Both the position numbers and the translations under genes were made by a program. DNA of 32,000 nt. Source: Micrococcus luteus NCTC 2665. Its GTDB lineage: Bacteria; Actinomycetota; Actinomycetes; Actinomycetales; Micrococcaceae. The notes under the pieces were generated by a model. It was not told the DNA's origin. It was given only the letters and a program-made list of their open reading frames with translations, and made no database searches. Shown here one piece after another: positions 24,824 through 32,000 of this stretch. The DNA lies in assembly GCF_000023205.1 (NCBI RefSeq), contig NC_012803.1, positions 30,001-62,000 of the forward strand, read 5' to 3'. Within the stretch, counting starts at the first letter, position 1; each line of letters begins with the position of its first letter.

Positions 24824-25112
24824 CCGAGCACCCCGAGCGCGCGGCTGACGAGCCCGAGAACCCCGTAGAACACGGGAAATCAGCGATCCGAGCGGCTTCC
24901 GGGGGTTTGAGAAGCTGCTACGGAGGTCCACCGCACGCACAAGGCTCGAACCCTTGCCAACGGAAACGTTGGTCGAGGTTCGGGCCTTGTTCGCGTCTGC
25001 GGCCCAGGTCAGAGCGTTGGCATTGACCTGCGGATCGAGGAGCATCTCGAAGGGTCGGTGTGCTCGACGCGCAGCTCGTTGTGAAGCGCCCTGAGTCTGG
25101 TGGAGACTCGCG

Positions 25113-25430
25113 TTATTTGATTCCCACCAGCTCGGTGCTCGTGGTTTGGCCAGCATAGAACGTCTGCTCGAACTCAGCGGGCGGGACGTCGCCGAGGTAG
25201 CCGTGGAGGCGCTGGGTGTTGTGCCAGTGCACCCATCCGAGGGTCGCGAGCTCGAGGTCCTCGACCGTCCGCCACGGTCCGGGACGGGCGGGGCCGCGGA
25301 CGAGTTCGATCTTGTAGTAGCCGTTCACGGTCTCAGCGAGGGCGTTGTCATAACTGTCGCCGACGGTCCCGATAGATGGCGTCGCGCCTATCTCGGCGAG
25401 ACGTTCGCCGTAGCGAATGGACGTGAATCG
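25113..25430 (-). pseudogene. IS3 OrfB (DDE integrase core), C-terminal fragment
   Basis: RFTSIRYGERLAEIGATPSIGTVGDSYDNALAETVNGYYKIELV... Confidence 0.85.
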
Positions 25431-26935
25431 GGCGGGTTCAACCGGTCGTTGCAACACCGTGCGTTGAGAGCGAGCGTAGCTGCTCGGCGAAGACCTCCGC
25501 GGGAGTCTTCCAGTCCAGGACCTTCCTGGGCCTGTTGTTCAGCGTGTACGCGACTGCTGCGAGGTCCTCGGCCGACCATCTCGACAGGTCCGTGCCCTTG
25601 GGGAAGTACTGCCGCAGCACCCCGTTCGTGTTCTCGTTCGTCGGCCGCTGCCACGGCGAGTGGGGGTCAGCGAAGAACACCTTCGTGCCCGTGGCCATCG
25701 TGAACTGGACATGCCCGGCCAGCTCCTTGCCCCGATCCCACGTCAAGCTCTGACGCAGCTGCTGCGGCACCGTCGCCATCGCCTTGATCAGGGCCGCGGT
25801 CATCGCCTCAGCCCCGTACCCACCCAGCGACGGCCCGTTCTTCACCGGCGGCCGCTCACCCCATCCCTCCAGGCGGGGCAAGTGGACCAGGATCGTGGCC
25901 CGGCTCTTGCGCTCGGCCAGAGTCCCGATCGCTGAACGCTCGGTCCCGATGATCAGGTCCCCTTCCCAGTGCCCGGGCACAGCACGATCAGCGGCCTCGG
26001 GTGGGCGCTTGCTGAACACCACGTCCTCGGTGACGTGGCCCTGGGGCTTGTTCCGGGTACGTGCCCGCGGCTCGCGCAGAGCCCGCCCGGTACGCAGGCA
26101 CGCGACGAGTTCACGCTTGAGCGCCCCACGCCCCTGGATGAACAGGGACTGATAGATCGCTTCATGAGAGATCCGCATGGACACATCATCCGGGAACTCC
26201 AGGCGCAGCCGGTGGCTGATCTGCTCAGGGCTCCACGCCGTGGACCACCGCCGGTCCGCCCGGCGCGGTTTCATCTTCCGCCCCTTGAAACCGGGCCCGA
26301 CCGGTCCCGGCACGGCCACGCCATCGGGGCCCAGGACCACCCCGTTCAGGCGTGCCTGGACGTAGTCGTGCAGTCGCTGGTTCGTGGCCAGCTTCGCCGG
26401 CTTGGGCCGCCTGGCAGCTTCCTGGGCCTTCCACTGCGCCACCGTGGCCCGGTACTCCTGCTTCCCGGAACGAGTGGCGCAGTTACGGCGCAGCTCACGG
26501 CTGATCGTGCCCGGGTCACGTCCCAGCGTGCGTGCGATCTGACGGACCCCCTGGCCCTGGGCATGGAGGATTGCGATCTCTTCACGCTCAGCGAAGGACA
26601 GATACCGGCCGGTGGGCTCGGCTAAGGACAGCGGGGTCATCCCGCCAGCGTGACGGAACCAGCGCGCCCCGACGGGCCAGGACACGCCCACAGTCAGGGA
26701 TGCCTCGACCGTGGTGACACCGGTGGCGATTACACGCCAGAACTGGCGTTGGACCTCCCGTGAGGGCTGCGGCCTGCCAGGAGAGCGCATCGGGGCCCGC
26801 AAGGCCCGATCCGCTCTCCACTGCCGACGTGTCCCCTCGGGCACGTCACTGATCTTCCTCGCCCAGTCCTTGCTTGCCATCGCCCATACCTCCAGTGATT
26901 CCGAGAGGGTGTTGCGACGACCGATTGAATCCACC
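25431..26935 (-). mobile_element. IS30-family insertion sequence (1505 bp) inside IS3 orfB
   Basis: Inverted repeats: GGCGGGTTCAACCGGTCGTTGCAACACC (25431-) and the reverse complement of the other end GGTGGATTCAATCGGTCGTCGCAACACC (-26935). The 3-bp duplication TCG lies at 25428-25430 and 26936-26938. Removing the element restores ...CHSDAGSRFTSIRYGERL. Confidence 0.88.
25438..26880 (-). CDS. IS30-family transposase
   Basis: HTH region ...LSFAEREEIAILHAQGQGVRQIARTLGRDPGTISRELRRN. DDE region ...PGHWEGDLIIG...FADPHSPWQRPTNENTNGVLRQYFPKG. The start is uncertain. I use ATG 26880 (MASKDW); the open frame reaches 26934. Confidence 0.85.
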   Translation of the reverse strand: MASKDWARKISDVPEGTRRQWRADRALRAPMRSPGRPQPSREVQRQFWRVIATGVTTVEASLTVGVSWPVGARWFRHAGGMTPLSLAEPTGRYLSFAEREEIAILHAQGQGVRQIARTLGRDPGTISRELRRNCATRSGKQEYRATVAQWKAQEAARRPKPAKLATNQRLHDYVQARLNGVVLGPDGVAVPGPVGPGFKGRKMKPRRADRRWSTAWSPEQISHRLRLEFPDDVSMRISHEAIYQSLFIQGRGALKRELVACLRTGRALREPRARTRNKPQGHVTEDVVFSKRPPEAADRAVPGHWEGDLIIGTERSAIGTLAERKSRATILVHLPRLEGWGERPPVKNGPSLGGYGAEAMTAALIKAMATVPQQLRQSLTWDRGKELAGHVQFTMATGTKVFFADPHSPWQRPTNENTNGVLRQYFPKGTDLSRWSAEDLAAVAYTLNNRPRKVLDWKTPAEVFAEQLRSLSTHGVATTG

Positions 26936-27559
26936 TCGAGACCCTGCGTCGCTGTGGCAGCGGAGATCGTCGTGGTGAGCGCCGCGGGACCAGCGCGCCA
27001 TCTCGATCGCGTCGAGGATCATCTCGGTGCGCATGTGTGATGCGCACCGCCACCCGACGATCATCCGGGAGAACGCGTCAACGATGAAGCAGACGTAAGC
27101 GACGCCCGCCCAGGTCGGCACGAACGTCAGATCTGTGACCCAGAGCCGATTCGGCGCGGTCGCAGTGAACTCCCGCTTCACCAGGTCCGGGATGCCGTGC
27201 CGCAGTCGGATCTGGCCGGGTCGTCTTCACCCGCTTCGACCTGGTCGCGCCCTCAATCCCTGCGGCGCGCATGAGCCGGCCCGTCTGATCTCGGCCGATG
27301 TCGCTCCCGGCGCAACGCGCGGTCTTCCGACGCGCGGTCTTCCAGAGCTTTCGGACCCCGTAGACGCAGTAGTAGTCCTGCCAGAGCGTCACCAGCTCCG
27401 GGGTCAACGCAGCGTCGCTCACCGCGCGAGCGGACGGGGCACGGTCTTTCGCGGCGTAGTAGGTGCTCGGAGCCACCTGCAACAGGCTGCAGATGGCTCG
27501 ACTCCAAGCGGGCGGCCTTCGACGACGTCGTCCTTATTCGCGTCGATGAACGCGACTAC
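26936..27559 (-). pseudogene. IS3 OrfB, N-terminal and middle fragment with frame changes
   Basis: VVAFIDANKDDVVEGRPLGVE (frame of 27559), then ICSLLQVAPSTYYAAKDRAP...RSKRVKTTRPDPTAARHP (frame of 27482), then DLVKREFTATAPNRLWVTDLTFVPTWAGVAYVCFIVDAF...CHSDAGS (frame of 27181). Confidence 0.8.
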
Positions 27560-27780
27560 TTCCGGTGTTGGCGGTCGAGCTCCGCCCCGAAGAAAGACGC
27601 GGCCCGCTTCACGATCTCGTTCGCCCGACGCAACTCACGGACCTCCTGCCGGAGTTCCCGCACGCGCCGCGCTTCCGCCGTGCTCACCCCAGCGACGTGA
27701 CCGTCGTGGATGTCGGCCTGCTTGACCCACATCCGCACCGACTCGACCCCGTACCCGAGCTGCGTCGCGACCCGATTGCC
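27556..27780 (-). pseudogene. IS3 OrfA, C-terminal fragment
   Basis: (G)NRVATQLGYGVESVRMWVKQADIHDGHVAGVSTAEARRVRELRQEVRELRRANEIVKRAASFFGAELDRQHRK*. Confidence 0.85.
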
Positions 27781-29206
27781 GGCTCTTCACGAACGAGGGT
27801 GTAGCGCGGGTCTGAACCCTCCGGCTTCGAGCAGTGACCGAGCGATGTAGTGGGTGAGGTTGCGGAAGCCGAGGGCGGAGCCGCGGAGGTGTTCGAGCCG
27901 CCCGTTGATGGCCTCGGTCGGGCCGTTGCTGGTGCCGGGGCGGTCGAAGAACGCGAGGATGTCGCCCGCCCGCTGCTTCATGGTCCGGCCGAGCTTGCGG
28001 ACCTCGACGAGCGCCGCGGGAACGCCGCTGCTGATCGTAGCGATCACCTCCTGCATCATCGCCTTCGCTTTCTTCTTGTCGGGCTCCCGGTAGGCCGCGA
28101 CGATGCGCTGGTAGATGCCCCAGGTCGCCTCGACCTCGATGTGCTCCTCGCTCGCGAACACTGCGTCCAGGCGTGCCCGCTGCCGGTCGGTGAGCAGGCT
28201 CGCCCCGGTGTGCAGGGTGCGGCGGGCTTTGTAGAGCGGGTCGCCCTTGAGCCCGCGGTGACCGGTGGTGTCTTGCTGGACCCGACGCCGGCAGACATCC
28301 AGCGCGTCGCCGGCGAGGCGGACCACGTGGAACGGGTCCATGACGGGGACGGCGTCGGGGAGTTCCTCGGCGGCAGCGGTCTTGAACCCGGCGAAGCCGT
28401 CCATCGCGACCACCTCGATCCGCTTCGCCCAGTCCGCAGGGCGGGCGGCGAGCCACTGCTTGAACACCGCCTTGGAGCGGCCCTCGACCATGTCCAGCAG
28501 CCTCGCCGGCCCGGTCTTGTTCCTCGCGGGGGTGAGGTCGATGATCACGGTGACGTACTTGTCGCCCAGCCTCGTGTGTCGCCAGACGTGCTCGTCGACA
28601 CCGATCGTGGTGACCCCGTCGAACCGGGCGGGGTCGTCGATCAGGCGCCGCTTGCCTTCCGCGAGGACGGCGGCGTTCGCGGCACTCCAGGACACCCCGA
28701 GACCTGCGGCGACGCGGGTGACGGTGAGGTGGTCGATGACGATGCCCCGCAGCGCCCACTCCAGGCCGCCGCGGGAGATCTTCGCACGCGGCGCCGCTGC
28801 CCGCGTCATGTCCTGCCGCCACGTGCGCCGGCAGTGTCCGCACCGGTACCGGCGCACCCGCACCAGCAGGGTCGTCGGCCGGTGCCCGAACGGCTCGTGC
28901 GCCAGTCGACGCGTGACCGTGTCCCGCGGCACGCCCTCGACACCGCACTTCCGACACCACGGGTCGTCCTCGACGACGCGGCATTCGATCGTGGCCCGAT
29001 CCGGCTCGATCAGCTGGCCGACGGCGACGAGGCCGAGCTCGTCAAGGCGGCAGAACGTGGTCAGGTCAGGGGTCGCGAAAGTAGGGTGGAGCACGTCGAG
29101 GTCTTTCGGGATGGCGAGCGTGAAGAACTTCCATCATCCGGGAGACCTCGACCCCTACCCGGCCACCGACGCGCTCAACCGACTACACCCTCGTTCGTGA
29201 AGAGCC
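27781..29206 (-). mobile_element. ISL3-family insertion sequence B (1426 bp) inside IS3 orfA; a different element from ISL3 A
   Basis: Perfect 24-bp inverted repeats GGCTCTTCACGAACGAGGGTGTAG at both ends. The 8-bp duplication CGATTGCC lies at 27773-27780 and 29207-29214. Confidence 0.92.
27787..29094 (-). CDS. ISL3-family transposase, 435 aa
   Basis: Zinc-ribbon CRKCGVEG...RRYRCGHCRRTW, then ...IGVDEHVWRHTRLGDKYVTVIIDLTP...MDPFHVVRLAGDALD...SNGPTEAINGRLEHLRGSALGFRN. Confidence 0.92.
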   Translation of the reverse strand: MLHPTFATPDLTTFCRLDELGLVAVGQLIEPDRATIECRVVEDDPWCRKCGVEGVPRDTVTRRLAHEPFGHRPTTLLVRVRRYRCGHCRRTWRQDMTRAAAPRAKISRGGLEWALRGIVIDHLTVTRVAAGLGVSWSAANAAVLAEGKRRLIDDPARFDGVTTIGVDEHVWRHTRLGDKYVTVIIDLTPARNKTGPARLLDMVEGRSKAVFKQWLAARPADWAKRIEVVAMDGFAGFKTAAAEELPDAVPVMDPFHVVRLAGDALDVCRRRVQQDTTGHRGLKGDPLYKARRTLHTGASLLTDRQRARLDAVFASEEHIEVEATWGIYQRIVAAYREPDKKKAKAMMQEVIATISSGVPAALVEVRKLGRTMKQRAGDILAFFDRPGTSNGPTEAINGRLEHLRGSALGFRNLTHYIARSLLEAGGFRPALHPRS

Positions 29207-29322
29207 CGATTGCCGGTCCCGAGCTCTGCTCGCAGCGTCCTCACCATCCGGACCGCGGCGGCCTTCTCCTCCGGCGAATACCGAGGCGTCGTCGGCTTCC
29301 CTGATGTCTGCTCGTTCGGCAT
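29207..29322 (-). pseudogene. IS3 OrfA, N-terminal fragment
   Basis: MPNEQTSGKPTTPRYSPEEKAAAVRMVRTLRAELGTG(N). It joins in frame to 27772 downward once ISL3 B and one duplication copy are removed. Confidence 0.8.
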
Positions 29323-29598
29323 AACCCCATCCTCGTTTCCAAGGTCAGGAGCCTCCAACAAACTCAGGGCGCTTCACTGTTCGTCAGGCAAATGACTTGC
29401 GAAATGTCTACGTGGGTCCATTCTGACGCGACAACGAGTTTCGTCTCGCGGACTCGGCCGGTGCCCGGCCGGGCAGCGCGAGCCGATGCGTCGCACGGTG
29501 GTTCGGCGACGCAGCTCGGTGGGGTCTACACCTCCGACCGTCGAACAATCATCGGCAGTGGCGGTATAGCGACTCAGCGTAAATGTGGAGGTGGTGAG

Positions 29599-29860
29599 AT
29601 GGTGACCTCATGTGCGGACCTGCCAGGCATCGACTCGGAGTCCATCGAGCTGGGTGGGCGGCCAGCCGATCACCGTCCGCGCGGTGAGCGGCCCAGTCCG
29701 CGACCGCCGGCGCGAAGTGGTTCACCGCCGAACGGCCCCCAAGGGCACTTCATGCGGCTGCTGGGCCTGGCGCCCGGCATCGACAGCGTCACCGCCAGCT
29801 GCAACCTGGGCGTCCTGCGGGTGGTGATGCCCATCGAGCGGCCCGCCGTCCGGAAAGATC
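29599..29860 (+). pseudogene. Hsp20/alpha-crystallin-like remnant with two apparent frameshifts
   Basis: ADLPGIDSESIEL (frame of 29599), then VGGQPITVRAVSGPVRDRRREVVHRRTAPKG (frame of 29612), then (T/H)FMRLLGLAPGIDSVTASCNLGVLRVVMPIE (frame of 29599 again). Together these follow the small-HSP core pattern. The N-terminal region is not recognisable. Confidence 0.4.
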
Positions 29861-29937
29861 CCCCTGAAGCAGCCTGCTTCCTGACTCTGGGCACTCAGCC
29901 CTGCGTCTACGCCGATCCTGGCGCGCTCTTTGACGAT

Positions 29938-30013
29938 CTATGTAATATATCTCACATGACAAAATTCGACGGCCCCTGTAACGTCTCTCATGTAGCGCGT
30001 CTCACGTGACAAG
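29938..30013 (+). promoter_or_regulatory. AT-rich dnaK upstream region with three copies of a CTCAYRTGA-like motif and a TAATAT -10-like hexamer
   Basis: CTCACATGAC (29951-29960), CTCTCATGTAG (29985-29995), CTCACGTGAC (30001-30010, containing the perfect palindrome TCACGTGA). The first two sit in an approximately 22-nt imperfect direct repeat CTATGTAATATATCTCACATGA / CCCTGTAACGTCTCTCATGTAG. TAATAT is at 29943-29948. Confidence 0.3.
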
Positions 30014-30028
30014 AAAGGAACAATCATC

Positions 30029-31894
<1,866 letters not shown>

Positions 31895-31912
31895 CACGGA
31901 GGGAGGATCGCG

Positions 31913-32000
31913 ATGGTCGAGGAGCAGAACGAGGACACGCGGGCCGTGGACCTGCTGAACGAGGACCTCACCGACGTGTCCCCGGAGGAGATCCGTGCCG
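31913..32000 (+). CDS. grpE: Nucleotide exchange factor GrpE, N-terminal 29 codons; runs off the right edge
   Basis: ATG 31913 lies 18 nt after the dnaK stop, with GGAGGGAGG upstream, giving MVEEQNEDTRAVDLLNEDLTDVSPEEIRA. The call rests mainly on the conserved dnaK-grpE order. Confidence 0.6.
   Translation, partial: MVEEQNEDTRAVDLLNEDLTDVSPEEIRA

Larger units (their letters stand above)
25082..29376 (-). mobile_element. Decayed IS3-family element (about 1353 bp of its own sequence) carrying nested IS30 and ISL3 insertions
   Basis: Terminal inverted repeats: TGAAGCGCCCTGAGTCTGGTGGAGACTC (25082-) and the reverse complement of the other end TGAAGCGCCCTGAGTTTGTTGGAGGCTC (-29376), the TG...CA ends typical of IS3. 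OrfA and OrfB can be rebuilt across both insertions. I could not find a clean flanking duplication. Confidence 0.85.

Noticed and set aside
24824-25156. The N-terminal extension of track ORF 24461..25156 (231 aa).
   Set aside because: It runs into the IS3 terminal repeat and has no coding-like composition. The HTH protein starts plausibly at ATG 24823.
27635-29304. A 449-aa minus-strand ORF and a 484-aa plus-strand ORF overlapping ISL3 B.
   Set aside because: Their translations are Arg/Pro/Gly-rich. The ISL3 transposase frame (27787..29094, minus strand) carries the family motifs.
25079-29379. A target-site duplication for the IS3 element.
   Set aside because: The flanks read TTG and CTG (or GTT and TGT if the ends are shifted by one base). 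There is no clean 3-4-bp repeat, so I make no claim.
29880-30028. A HAIR (CTTGAGT-N7-ACTCAAG) or CIRCE operator upstream of dnaK.
   Set aside because: I could not find either consensus by eye on either strand in this interval.

Overview
High-GC, actinobacterial-type DNA. It reads as the backbone and cargo of a conjugative element (plasmid or ICE) that has been heavily colonised by insertion sequences.

Left to right:
- A partial Prim-Pol gene.
- An ArdC-like ssDNA-binding/zincin gene split by an IS256-family element.
- A cargo block: AraC regulator, FAD monooxygenase, polytopic membrane protein, divergent TetR.
- A PIN-like (DUF4935-type) orphan directly upstream of a 1181-aa MobF relaxase-helicase.
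- Three orphan genes downstream of the relaxase. Two carry HEPN-like R-x4-6-H motifs. The third is a membrane-anchored protein split by a second IS256 copy.
- A third IS256 copy.
- A convergent two-gene operon: an unknown partner plus a 936-aa protein with a DUF4365-like nuclease N-terminus, a helical middle and HEAT repeats. An ISL3 element has cut off its 5' end.
- A small membrane-protein gene with an in-frame TAA, and a small HTH gene.
- A decayed IS3 element with an IS30 and a second, different ISL3 nested inside it.
- An hsp20 remnant, then dnaK and the start of grpE.

There are seven IS elements from four families, about 10.0 kb of the 32 kb. For six of them I could read exact ends and target-site duplications from the sequence, so the interrupted genes can be rebuilt base by base.

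I saw no CRISPR array, tRNA or rRNA.

The best candidates for an undescribed system are the DUF4365-HEAT two-gene operon (18390-23772) and the HEPN-like/membrane trio (12702-16942), followed by the stand-alone PIN-like gene (7814-9064).

All domain calls come from my recollection of family consensus patterns applied to the translations. They are not search results.
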